Source: a virus
Lineage: Duplodnaviria > Caudoviricetes
DNA length: 62,252 nt
Direction: 5' to 3' (one strand)
Virus record (IMG/VR): IMGVR_UViG_3300036790_000814
Location: 1 to 62,252 of that record
Part shown: one piece after another, positions 9,120 through 18,279 of the stretch
Layout: each line of letters begins with the position of its first letter
Position numbering within the stretch: position 1 is the first letter of the stretch
Notes under the pieces: generated by a model
What the model was told of the DNA's origin: nothing
Databases searched by the model: none
Seen by the model: only the letters and a program-made list of their open reading frames with translations
Position numbers and translations under genes: made by a program

Positions 9120-9934
9120 GACCGATCAAACCTATCCTCCTCATTGGCCTGAAACCACGGGAAATTACATCGACGCCTCCGCGCTTCGACTGGGCCGATC
9201 CCAAAACTCTTCTTGTCGAGGACGAATATCAGCGCGACCTGACGAAACGCTCGATCACGCTCATCCGCAAGATCGCGGAGCATTTCGACTGGCTGCATAT
9301 CAAGCCGCCGGTCTGCGCGCGGGGAAGCGGTGGCAAACTCTGCGTGATCGACGGGCAGCACACGGCCATTGCGGCGGCCAGCCGAAATATAGCAAAGATT
9401 CCGGTGATGATCGTCGAAGCGCCGGAGATGAAACGCCGCGCCAAAGCCTTCGTCGCGCATAACACCGACCGGCTCCAGGTCACCCCCCTCCAGTTGTTCG
9501 CCTCGCGCCTGGCCAGCGGCGACGAGGGAGCCATTGCTGCCCAGAAGGCCGCCAAGGCGGCTGGCGTCCGGCTATGCCGCGTCCAGCCCGCGAACGGGCT
9601 GTGGGAGGTCGGCGACACGATGGCCGTGGGCGCCGTCGAGCGGCTGGCGGCGCGGTACGGGGAGGAAAGGGCGGCACGGGCGCTCAAGACCCTTGTGGCG
9701 GCCAAGCGCTCGCCTGTTGTCGTGCATGAGGTTCTCGCCACGGCTGCGCTGCTCTTTGACCCGAAGTTCGGATGGCAGCATTCGACGTTCGACCTGGTGA
9801 CCACCATCCGCAGTAAGTCGATCGACGCCTGGCGCCGGCAAGTCCTGACCCAGATCAAGGCCGGAAACAGGATGGCGCTGTGGAAGGGTATCGCGGAGGC
9901 TTGGGTGCGCGCTGGAAACCGAAGCTCAACATGA
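9113..9934 (+). CDS. ParB N-terminal-like (DUF6551-type) protein
   Basis: L.V...YQR...FDW....P.V....VIDGQHTAIAA motif. Confidence 0.75.
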   Translation: MLRPIKPILLIGLKPREITSTPPRFDWADPKTLLVEDEYQRDLTKRSITLIRKIAEHFDWLHIKPPVCARGSGGKLCVIDGQHTAIAAASRNIAKIPVMIVEAPEMKRRAKAFVAHNTDRLQVTPLQLFASRLASGDEGAIAAQKAAKAAGVRLCRVQPANGLWEVGDTMAVGAVERLAARYGEERAARALKTLVAAKRSPVVVHEVLATAALLFDPKFGWQHSTFDLVTTIRSKSIDAWRRQVLTQIKAGNRMALWKGIAEAWVRAGNRSST

Positions 9935-10305
9935 TAGATTGGGAATCACGCGCCAAGCTGCTTGATGCCGAGAACGAAACACTCCGCGATGAAATCCGGC
10001 TTCTCCGCAAGGCGCTGATGGGCGCGGATGAACCGCCGCCGTTCTTTGGCCTCACGGGCAGCGAGGCCATAATGTTTGGCATCCTGATGAACACGCGCGC
10101 GCCACGGCCGGAAGCGTTCCTTACCGCGCTCTACAGCACCAACCCCGACGATCCGCCCGACGAAAAGATACTGGACGTCTGGATATGCAAGATGCGCAAA
10201 AAGCTGACGCCTTTCGGCATCGAGATCAAAACCCATTGGGGCGAATGCTGGGAGATACCGGAAGCCAGCAAGGCGATTGCGCGCGACCTGATGGCGGCGA
10301 CATGA
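9931..10305 (+). CDS. OmpR/PhoB-type winged-helix protein, CtrA-like DNA-binding domain without receiver domain
   Basis: LTGSE...FL.ALY...P.EKILDVWICKMRKKL....I.T.WG closely parallels CtrA LTGKE...FLNHLY...PELKIIDVFICKLRKKL...IETVWG; N-terminal coiled coil. Confidence 0.8.
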   Translation: MIDWESRAKLLDAENETLRDEIRLLRKALMGADEPPPFFGLTGSEAIMFGILMNTRAPRPEAFLTALYSTNPDDPPDEKILDVWICKMRKKLTPFGIEIKTHWGECWEIPEASKAIARDLMAAT

Positions 10306-10447
10306 GCGTACTGTCAACCTCTCCGCGCCGACACCCGAACCGGACTCCTCGTGTGGCTCAGGGAATTGAAACTGAAGCTCAAGGCCGGAGAAGCACCCGC
10401 CGTCTATACCGAGATATGCCAGGCAATCCTTGAGCTTGAGGCGCAGA

Positions 10448-10900
10448 ATGACTGAGGCCATTGATTTCATCGCCGCCTTTGACCAGGCTATCGCAAAGGT
10501 CTGGGGAGAGCATCTGGCGCGTCCATGGCCCCATCCGAACGACAAGCTGACCGCTGATCGCTGGCTAGCTGCTGGCGCCACGGTGGAGCTGTGCAGCGCC
10601 GTCTTCCTTCGCATCATGGAGACGCGGAAGGATCGTCGGTTGTCGATCCCCTCTACCCTGTCCTACTTCGACAATCCAATCCGGGACGCGATCGCCAAGG
10701 GGGAGCATGAGGCGACGGACCTGCATCCCCAGGATTCGCTCTGGAAGGCCCGGCTGGCGGCTTGGGCGAGGGGAGGGCGCTGGATACCGGATCAGTGGGG
10801 TCCCAACCCTACGGAAGCCGGGTGCCGCGTTCCTCGGCGCGTCTTGAACGCCCTCGGCGATCGTCAGGCATCCTCCGCCAATTGTGGGTCAACGAGCTGA
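10448..10900 (+). CDS. Hypothetical protein resembling the C-terminal part of alphaproteobacterial phage replication proteins
   Basis: W...G......P..LSYF...I.DA and W..RL..W...G.W...WGP.P...GCR.P motifs. Confidence 0.55.
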   Translation: MTEAIDFIAAFDQAIAKVWGEHLARPWPHPNDKLTADRWLAAGATVELCSAVFLRIMETRKDRRLSIPSTLSYFDNPIRDAIAKGEHEATDLHPQDSLWKARLAAWARGGRWIPDQWGPNPTEAGCRVPRRVLNALGDRQASSANCGSTS

Positions 10901-12753
10901 TCCCAGTCCTGCAGAATGAACAGGCAGCACAGGTGGAACATAAACCAGTTGGCATAGTACACAACATCGCTAAAGCATCCGCCGGCGCCGATTTGACCGT
11001 GCGCAAGCTCGTGTCTTACCTCCGGGCCAGGCTTCGCGTTGAATAACAGGTCGATCTCGAACACGACGCGCGGGGTCAGGATTTGATCTAGCTGCGCCCG
11101 AAAAGTCGTTAACAACGGACCGAGCGCCAAATCTTCTTCAGTGCCGTCGTCACGTCGCTTGGACGGATCATGACCATTGATCCTCAACACATGCCGCAGA
11201 CAAGGTTCGATCTGCGGAATGAGAAGATGGGTCGCCGACATCATGTCACCTTGAAATAGCCGGGTGAATCCCAGTGCGACGATCGGCTTCTGGCTCTCTG
11301 GTATGAGGACGGACATGCCAACGATCGCGTTGAAGTGGCGCTCGGCAATCCCGTATTTTGTCTGAATCGCCAATCGGGCCGGATTCACAAAACCACGGAC
11401 GAGCCGAGCGCGACGCGGCCCCTCGACCTGGTCGTAGATCCGTCGAAACCAAGCCTCTTCCGGCTCGCCGGATGCTGGCGCTCCCGCGCTTCTTGATTCC
11501 GTCCTACCCTCTCCATCCAAATGTCCTACCGAGATCATCGACATAAACGGCGTCTCTGTGCGTGTCGTCAGTGCCTCCTCGCGCATCTTTTCTGGGTCCG
11601 GTGAACGTCCCAGGATCGCAAACTGCTTGAGCGCGGCTGAAAGCTCCAATGTCGAGAACTGTTCGGCGATCTTCTCCGGCACACCGTCTAGGTGAAGATC
11701 GGTGGGGAACGACCTCATCTGCTTCGATTGCGCCTTCTGCAGCCGGCGCAGTTCGATCTCAAGGTCGTATTCCAGCTTTTCTTCGCCTTCAATGTGGCGG
11801 AGCTGCTGCAGGGCATCCATGACCCAGCCGGCTTCAGCACCTGCTGAGCCTTTGACCTCCTCACGCATAGCGAGGGTTTGGTGGACAGCCGCCTTCAGGC
11901 ACCGCTGGCGCCCATCCCTGTCGTTCGAATTATGATACAGCCGTGCTGCTAGGTCCCAGGCTCGTTTCACCGCCATTGGATAGGTTCCGTGTGGGATTGT
12001 ACCAGCCAACGCCTCCAGCTCCTGCGCTGCTGCGGCTGGCTGCCGCAGGCCGTAGTCCAAACCCAGATCGATGATACTGACGAATGTCCAGATGTCCTTG
12101 GCATCGCGCGCAGCCGTGTGCATCGCCTCGAATATCTGAGCCACCTTGAGTGGTCGTTTGTTGCGGGCCGTGCTGTCCTTGGCGACCTGCATGGCGCGAT
12201 GAAGGAAAGTGATCGCCTCTTGTACTTCTGCGCGTCCGTGAGACGTTTTGAGGCTACCATCAAGCAGCCCTATCACAATGTCGCAATAGGCATCGACTGC
12301 AAAGGTGGCGGATCGACCGTCCTTGCGATTGTTAGACCATGCGATATCGGCCAGCCGCGCCCGCAGTCCCGGGTTCTCGACCTTACCGGCGATCGTCGAA
12401 ATGGCAACCGTCTGTTCACCTCGAAAATCCTCGGGGATGGCGGATCGACCAGTCTCGAACGTCATCATAGGGCCCCAGGGACTTCCACGATCGGACGGCT
12501 GAAGCACTATGCCGCAGAGTGCCGCAAGCAAACGGTACACAACCTGAGCGGGTTCGGTCTTGGCTTCCAGTGCAGCGGCAAACGCCCTCTGGTAGGGCGT
12601 GAACATCTCATGGGGATCGGCAAGTCGCAGTTCGCGGATCGGCGCCTCGATATCGACGGCTTCTAGGTCGTCCGGCGTGGCGATCGCCCGTAATTCGGGC
12701 ACCGGAGGAACTACGTCCTCGGGAGTGGGGTCGTCGGTCGCTGTTTCTGACAT
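10864..12753 (-). CDS. DUF4209-containing HEPN-like protein
   Basis: C-terminal G....F.GD...A.HLLIPQIE..LR..L...G.D...and G.EVRHELAHG (RxxxxH); oriented against the phage operon. Confidence 0.8.
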   Translation of the reverse strand: MSETATDDPTPEDVVPPVPELRAIATPDDLEAVDIEAPIRELRLADPHEMFTPYQRAFAAALEAKTEPAQVVYRLLAALCGIVLQPSDRGSPWGPMMTFETGRSAIPEDFRGEQTVAISTIAGKVENPGLRARLADIAWSNNRKDGRSATFAVDAYCDIVIGLLDGSLKTSHGRAEVQEAITFLHRAMQVAKDSTARNKRPLKVAQIFEAMHTAARDAKDIWTFVSIIDLGLDYGLRQPAAAAQELEALAGTIPHGTYPMAVKRAWDLAARLYHNSNDRDGRQRCLKAAVHQTLAMREEVKGSAGAEAGWVMDALQQLRHIEGEEKLEYDLEIELRRLQKAQSKQMRSFPTDLHLDGVPEKIAEQFSTLELSAALKQFAILGRSPDPEKMREEALTTRTETPFMSMISVGHLDGEGRTESRSAGAPASGEPEEAWFRRIYDQVEGPRRARLVRGFVNPARLAIQTKYGIAERHFNAIVGMSVLIPESQKPIVALGFTRLFQGDMMSATHLLIPQIEPCLRHVLRINGHDPSKRRDDGTEEDLALGPLLTTFRAQLDQILTPRVVFEIDLLFNAKPGPEVRHELAHGQIGAGGCFSDVVYYANWFMFHLCCLFILQDWDQLVDPQLAEDA

Positions 12754-12875
12754 GGTGGCCCTACCGACTCGCGCATCGAGTCTCAAAATGGGGCGCGGCT
12801 TATGGTCCAGGCCGAGCGATTCGTCAATCTCGATTGTTCGGCCGCATTAACCAGAAGCAGGATGCAATGATGCTC

Positions 12876-12904
12876 TTGTACCGAGCGCGTAAGCGATGTA
12901 TAAA
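12876..12904 (+). promoter_or_regulatory. Putative promoter TTGTAC-N17-TATAAA
   Basis: Near-consensus hexamers with 17-bp spacing. Confidence 0.55.
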
Positions 12905-12905
12905 G

Positions 12906-12929
12906 AAAACCCCCGGATGTGCCGGGGGC
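12906..12929 (-). terminator. Hairpin CCCCCGG-ATGTG-CCGGGGG with a U-tract on the minus strand
   Basis: 7-bp GC stem flanked by AAAGAAAA on the + strand. Confidence 0.5.
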
Positions 12930-13332
12930 TATTGCTTACCAGAGTTAGCCGCTCTGTAAGCGCGGGCAAACAATCTGTAGTTGCTGCCATTGGCATTTAT
13001 GCCTCAATGCACAACGCCCCGTCAAGGAATTAGGCGCAGACTGGCAACGGTTCTTGGGTCAACCGTCTTACGTTGCCTGAATGCCCACAAGAACGCGCAA
13101 CGGGCGATGGTAGGGATCGAGAAGGCATATTCCAGCGTAGGGCCGAGCATCCGGTCAAAAGTGCCATAGCCCGCCGCAGTTGCTTGCTGGCTGGTGGCCT
13201 AAGCGAAGGGTGGCTCCGTGGGGGCATGCTTTTCCCGGTCAGAGATCAACCTTGCTCATAAGCGAGGCAGGGGGATCTTTGGCCATCACTCAGGGCTCAC
13301 CATGGGATCATAACCAAGAGTCGGGAGAATTG

Positions 13333-13704
13333 ATGCAGTTGCGGTTTTCACGCGGTGTCAGAAAGAGAACCAGACGACTGCGCAAGGGCAAATGCAAACG
13401 ATGGTGTCTCGTTTATGTGCTGAAAACGTCAGCCGAGCACGACCCGGTCTATGTCGGTCAAACGCGTTGCCTGCCAGAAGTCAGGCTCGAATATCACATT
13501 CAAACCGTGATCGATCGCATGAACAGGCATGAGCGCTTATCGCCCGTTCAGCGATGGCTCGCCAACCTGCTAGGGACTGGCCGGAGGCCCGTGATCGAAG
13601 TGCTCGTCCAAAAGGGAGTGCGGGATGTCACGGAGGCAGTGTGGATAGATCGCCTCCGTCGCGAGGGAGTCAACCTTCTGAATGTCGATTCGGTCGTTCC
13701 GTAG
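13333..13704 (+). CDS. GIY-YIG-like nuclease
   Basis: LVYVL......VYVGQT.....RL..H.....E..WI......LLN. Confidence 0.7.
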   Translation: MQLRFSRGVRKRTRRLRKGKCKRWCLVYVLKTSAEHDPVYVGQTRCLPEVRLEYHIQTVIDRMNRHERLSPVQRWLANLLGTGRRPVIEVLVQKGVRDVTEAVWIDRLRREGVNLLNVDSVVP

Positions 13705-13723
13705 GCCTTCGCGGAAGACGGAA

Positions 13724-14443
13724 CTATGTCCTCTCATCGGGAGATTTTGGCGGGGCTCGATAGTGCGGATGACCCTGTGTTCTTTCGCCGCTAACCCCGG
13801 CCCAAAAATGGCCTGCGTAGTGACGGAATACACCTGCCGTCTCTGCCGGGTTGTAAGCCATCCGGTTGACTAATCCCACGAGAGCTTGGATGAGGACCAA
13901 ATTATCCTGGAAAAATTCTTCGATGTCGTCGTCATCAACGTTCGGTTGTGGCACTGAGGCGAGTGCAAGGTCGTGGTGAGCAAGCCTCTTATCGCGTAGA
14001 TGCCGAATCGTCTTCAGCACGGAATGACGGGGACCTCCCTGTCCATACTTACCGACGATTCGAGCAACCTCGGCTGCTCTCTCGTCTAGAGTCGATCGTA
14101 TTGCGGCTTCTGCTCCAGTGATGCCCATGCGCGTTACACGATCCATCACAAGCATATCCATCACAGCGGGTTTGGAGATGTCGCGCCCGATTTGCTCCAT
14201 TCGGAGGTTGCCTTTCGTCGAGTTATCCCACACGCGCATAAGTGCCATGAGCATCTCGCGCCGAAGCGCTGTGCTGACCACCCGAAATGTCTGGGTTGCA
14301 TAGGACGTCCCCATGCGTGCGTGCAGCTCACCGTCGTATGCCGCGGGCTTCCACGTTTCGTGAAAGACGACCGCCAGGTCAAACTCCACTTGCGCGGCCC
14401 GCACCTGCTCCTGAAGGTCCGCCATCGTTAGGTTTGCCATCAT
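13724..14443 (-). CDS. AbiU2-type HEPN domain protein
   Basis: LMALMRVWD and IRHLRDKRLAH (RxxxxAH) motifs. Confidence 0.75.
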   Translation of the reverse strand: MMANLTMADLQEQVRAAQVEFDLAVVFHETWKPAAYDGELHARMGTSYATQTFRVVSTALRREMLMALMRVWDNSTKGNLRMEQIGRDISKPAVMDMLVMDRVTRMGITGAEAAIRSTLDERAAEVARIVGKYGQGGPRHSVLKTIRHLRDKRLAHHDLALASVPQPNVDDDDIEEFFQDNLVLIQALVGLVNRMAYNPAETAGVFRHYAGHFWAGVSGERTQGHPHYRAPPKSPDERT

Positions 14444-14478
14444 CAAACCCCTCTCAATCCAAGCCTGATAAACCGCCT

Positions 14479-16098
14479 CTAGATCAGCTTACCCTGAACG
14501 GTCGTGTTCTCGGTTTTCGACTTCTTAAACGAAGTCGGGTCGATGAGCGGTATCGCAGGCTTCTTCCCCTCGAACAGATCCTTAATCGTGAGGATTTGTA
14601 TCTTCGGAAACTTGCCATAGCCGCTGTCGTAGAACCCGGCCTTAACCGCCTCGGTTTTCATGGGCGCGGTCGGTTCGGCGAGCGTGACAAACACGCCGAT
14701 CTTTGCCTTCTCTCTGTCGATCACATGGCCAAGGTCGCGTATCATGGGAACGCTTACATTGTCGCCGCCCTTCACGGACACGATCGCCTTCTCCGTCGTC
14801 TTGCCGTCAGGCTTGAAATAGATATGGCCGTCGATGCCGCTGTCAGCGCCCTTTTTCTTCCCCCCGTAGGGTACGGCATCAACGAGCGACACGGCCCACC
14901 ACTGGAATTGGTATTTGTCCTGAGCGGAAAGAGCCCTCGCGCCTTCGAGGTCTTTTGGTGTGCCATGCACGTCGAATGCGATGCCGGGGAACGCATCCTT
15001 AAGCCGTTTCTCAATCAGCGATATGGCGAGGTGGGTGATGTCGATACCCGTCCATTGACGGCCAAGTTTCTGCGCCGCGTGAATCGTGGTGCCACAACCG
15101 CAAAATGGATCGAGTACAACGTCGCCTTCGTTGCTGGCGGCTTGTATCAGACGCTCAAGGAGCGCCAGGGGCTTTTGTGTGGGGTAGCCAAGCCGCTCGG
15201 CTGCCAGATTGTGCATCGGCGGAATGTCACTGATGATGTCCTGCAATGGCATACCAGCTTGCTCGTCCAGATAGTTTTTCAAGCGTGGCGCGCCACCATC
15301 TTTCTTCGGCCAGTGGATACGGCCGGCCGCGTCCATTACGTCAAGCTGGGTCGGGGGATAAGCCCAATGACGGCCTTTCGCAGTTACGTCGATGCCGCGC
15401 CACACTAAGCCGGTTTCACCGTGACGAACGCCTGCCCCGGTCAGATCCGAGCGTTGCCAGCGGCGTCCATCAGGGTCAACATGCGTGTAGAAGGCGTCGA
15501 TATAGGTCTGGTCGTATGGCTGAAAGATTGGATTCCAAACGGGCGTATCCCCCTTCGCGTAATACAAGATGATATCGTGCACCGGCCCGAAACGCTTGGA
15601 GCTGCTGTGTGCGCTTGTGCGCTTCCACACGATCTCGTTCTGGAAGCTATGCGGACCAAAAACGGCATCGAGGAGGATTTTGAGGTAGTGGCTGGCGCTC
15701 GGGTCACAGTGGAGGAAGAGGCTTCCCGTCTCCTTCAACACACGATGCAATTGTAGCAAGCGTGCTGCCATCATCGTGAGATAGGCCATCATGTCGTTCT
15801 CTTTCAGGAACGCCCGCATGGCCCGCAGCATTTCGGCGGCGTCGGTGTTGCCGCTCTGGATGACCTCATCGAAGGCCCGCTCGGCGCTGTCATTCCAGTG
15901 CCAGGTATCCTCGAAGGCCTCGATCTGCGCCTGGGACTGCTCACCGGTCGGGGCGCGGAAAAGAACGTTGTAGTTGGCCTGGCTGTTGAAGGGCGGGTCG
16001 AGATAGATCAGATCCACGCTCTCATCGGCGATATCGTCGCGAAGGACTTGCAGATTGTCGCCGTAATAGAGGTGGTTTGGCACACCCGGTTTCGCCAT
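14479..16098 (-). CDS. Beta-class N6A/N4C DNA methyltransferase fused to a C-terminal Mrr-like domain
   Basis: LIYLDPPF, YPTQKP, VLDPFCGCGTT; C-terminal D.GIDG...VSVKGG...IRDL...IGVFVTL; start may be 16158. Confidence 0.88.
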   Translation of the reverse strand: MAKPGVPNHLYYGDNLQVLRDDIADESVDLIYLDPPFNSQANYNVLFRAPTGEQSQAQIEAFEDTWHWNDSAERAFDEVIQSGNTDAAEMLRAMRAFLKENDMMAYLTMMAARLLQLHRVLKETGSLFLHCDPSASHYLKILLDAVFGPHSFQNEIVWKRTSAHSSSKRFGPVHDIILYYAKGDTPVWNPIFQPYDQTYIDAFYTHVDPDGRRWQRSDLTGAGVRHGETGLVWRGIDVTAKGRHWAYPPTQLDVMDAAGRIHWPKKDGGAPRLKNYLDEQAGMPLQDIISDIPPMHNLAAERLGYPTQKPLALLERLIQAASNEGDVVLDPFCGCGTTIHAAQKLGRQWTGIDITHLAISLIEKRLKDAFPGIAFDVHGTPKDLEGARALSAQDKYQFQWWAVSLVDAVPYGGKKKGADSGIDGHIYFKPDGKTTEKAIVSVKGGDNVSVPMIRDLGHVIDREKAKIGVFVTLAEPTAPMKTEAVKAGFYDSGYGKFPKIQILTIKDLFEGKKPAIPLIDPTSFKKSKTENTTVQGKLI

Positions 16099-16327
16099 CG
16101 CCGTTCCCTTGTGCGCTTTGGCCATCCGAGAAGCCGCCTCCCCTGAGATTTTAGCCATATCGGCGCCCGTCGATGCGGGTGCTGCCACCCCCTTAGAGCA
16201 AGCAGCCGACAGTGCCAACCCGGCAGCGGCCTAATAGATGTCATGATTGTCCGGATTTTCGTTGTACGGGGCATAAGTTTCGTATAAATATGGAAAGGAG
16301 ATCCCCGCCTCCTGCGCCGGAACCTAC

Positions 16328-16771
16328 TTGCCTGATACTCTCCACGCGCTTTGCACCTGTACCCGCGTCATCGGCGCCGGGAACAGCTTTGAAATTCTGA
16401 TCCCCCTCTCCGAAATCAGCGATTACGGCCAAACCTACCGCGTCCTGCGCCCCGACCATGATAACCGCGAGTTCGTCCCGTTCGAGCTCGGCATTGAGCC
16501 TTACATCTCCGATATCAACCTCATGGAACAGGGGTTTGCCCGTTATGATCGCTGGCTGGCGCATGAGCGGGCCAGCAAACCTCTCAAGCTCGCCATCCTG
16601 CAACGGGCCTTTCCCGAAAACCGACTTACCGAAGTCCCTTTCCTCTGGAACGACGATTACCTGCCGGACAGGCAGGTCACCCTCACCATCGACCGCGCGG
16701 GCAACCTGGTCGATGAGCCGAAACCCGCCATTGCCCGCCCTCGTCGTCCCCGGAAAGCGCCAGCCCCATGA
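16328..16771 (+). CDS. Hypothetical protein (147 aa)
   Basis: ORF coupled (ATGA) to the DUF6456 gene. Confidence 0.6.
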   Translation: MPDTLHALCTCTRVIGAGNSFEILIPLSEISDYGQTYRVLRPDHDNREFVPFELGIEPYISDINLMEQGFARYDRWLAHERASKPLKLAILQRAFPENRLTEVPFLWNDDYLPDRQVTLTIDRAGNLVDEPKPAIARPRRPRKAPAP

Positions 16772-17403
16772 AAATCGCCTCCCTCCCCGCCTTCATCACC
16801 GAAAAGCGCACGATCAAGCGCAAAGGCCCTCCCGCTCGGTACAGGCGCGCCGCCAAGGCCGCGGCCAGGTTCGATGGCGACACCGGCACCCCCGAGATGA
16901 AGCGCCAGCTTGGGGCCATTCTGGAACCGCGCGAGCGCACCTCGACCGGGCATGTCGTGACGGTAGGGGCGCGGGTCGAATCCCAATATCCCCATGACCG
17001 CTACCGGGTGAGGAAGCAGCTCGATCCCAAGGATCCCACCCGCAACGACATGATGTGGCACGCCGCGGAACGGCTCCGGCAGGATTTCTACCTGTCCGGC
17101 CTGCAAGCCAAGCAGTCGTCATCTTTCCAGCCACGCGTGAGCGGCGGTGAAGCCTGGTCGCAGGAACAACAGGCGATGGCGCTCGGGCGCTACAAGCGCG
17201 CGATGAATGGAGTAGGGGTCACGCTGCGCGCCTGCCTGTTCTTCGTATGCATCGAGGGTTGGGCAGCGGATGCATGGGCGCGGAAAAACGGCAAAAAAGA
17301 CAGCGACGGCATCGCGTTATTGCGCGCTGGGCTCGAAGAACTCGCCGCGCTCTACGGCTATATCAAAAATCCAATTGACAACTGCCACGGCTATGCCTCA
17401 TAA
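16768..17403 (+). CDS. DUF6456-family putative late transcription activator
   Basis: AAERLR.DF..SGL....VSGG....A..RY..AM..VG.....V.CIEG....LR.GL..LA..YG; sits in the Q-like position before the late operon. Confidence 0.7.
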   Translation: MKIASLPAFITEKRTIKRKGPPARYRRAAKAAARFDGDTGTPEMKRQLGAILEPRERTSTGHVVTVGARVESQYPHDRYRVRKQLDPKDPTRNDMMWHAAERLRQDFYLSGLQAKQSSSFQPRVSGGEAWSQEQQAMALGRYKRAMNGVGVTLRACLFFVCIEGWAADAWARKNGKKDSDGIALLRAGLEELAALYGYIKNPIDNCHGYAS

Positions 17404-17404
17404 T
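17375..17404 (+). promoter_or_regulatory. Putative late promoter TTGACA-N18-CATAAT
   Basis: Consensus -35 and near-consensus -10 at the end of the activator gene. Confidence 0.55.
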
Positions 17405-17435
17405 TATTCCATTCTGAAAAACTGTCACTGTTTTC

Positions 17436-17470
17436 GCCCGGATGTTCTCAACGAGACGCCGGGGCTTTTT
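17436..17470 (+). terminator. Putative intrinsic terminator just downstream of the late promoter
   Basis: GCCCGG...CCGGGGC stem followed by TTTTT. Confidence 0.5.
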
Positions 17471-17482
17471 GCATCTCAATGA

Positions 17483-17559
<77 letters not shown>

Positions 17560-17563
17560 ATTC

Positions 17564-17653
17564 GGAAGAGTGGCCGAGAGGCTGATGGCGGCGGTCCCGA
17601 AAACCGCAATGCTCGCGAGGGCATCGTGGGTTCGAATCCTACCTCTTCCGCCA
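17564..17653 (+). tRNA. tRNA-Ser (CGA) with long variable arm
   Basis: 90 nt; acceptor GGAAGAG/CTCTTCC-G-CCA; anticodon arm GCGGT-CCCGAAA-ACCGC; variable arm ATGCTC-GCGA-GGGCAT; T-loop TTCGAAT. Confidence 0.9.
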
Positions 17654-17673
17654 CCTATTCTTCTTTTTGTGCT

Positions 17674-17964
17674 ATGAAAACCTCCATTCCGCGCCTGTCC
17701 CGCGTAACCTTCAAGGATGGCCGCCAGCTTCATGTGCTGCGCAATACGCGCTCCGAACGCTGTGCCAGAGAATTTCGGGAGGACTGCGCCAAGATCGCGA
17801 CCAAGCGCGGCGACCTGATGGCGGGTTATGCCATTGTCGCCTGGGAAAGGGATGGCGGCGTTACTACCGTGCTGAACATCCATGACGGTCGGCCGGTCGG
17901 CCCTTTGATGGCACCTGATTTCGTCCGCACGGCGCTGATTGATTTCATCGCATCTGAAACCTGA
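17674..17964 (+). CDS. Hypothetical protein (96 aa)
   Basis: ORF after the tRNAs in the late direction. Confidence 0.6.
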   Translation: MKTSIPRLSRVTFKDGRQLHVLRNTRSERCAREFREDCAKIATKRGDLMAGYAIVAWERDGGVTTVLNIHDGRPVGPLMAPDFVRTALIDFIASET

Positions 17965-17978
17965 CTCGCGAGGCAACC

Positions 17979-18152
17979 ATGACCATCCGCATCAATCCCC
18001 AGCATAAGGGCGATCTTCACCGCGACACGCATACCCCGATGGGCAAAAAGATTTCCCTCGCCAAAGAAGAAAAGGCCGCGCGAGGCAAGAACCCTGCGGT
18101 TCGTAAGCGGGCAGATTTCGCCATCGCCGCACGAACCTGGCATCACAAATAA
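17979..18152 (+). CDS. Small basic phage protein (MTIRINPQHKGDLH..., 57 aa; not in the ORF track)
   Basis: GAGG RBS; I.P.HKG.LH....P.G.KI......RKRA.FA..AR.W.H pattern recalled from phage small basic proteins. Confidence 0.7.
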   Translation: MTIRINPQHKGDLHRDTHTPMGKKISLAKEEKAARGKNPAVRKRADFAIAARTWHHK

Positions 18153-18279
18153 CCGAACACCCTACCGGCCCGTGGGTCAAAACAGCCGGACGCTCATGGG
18201 CTGGGCTCACCTTTCCCCCCTGGCCACATGAACTGACAGCCCGGAAAGCTACGGGCACCATCTTACAAAGGAAAATCCA

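Noticed and set aside
14287-15408. 373-aa + strand ORF
   Set aside because: Antisense shadow of the well-supported methyltransferase; no motifs
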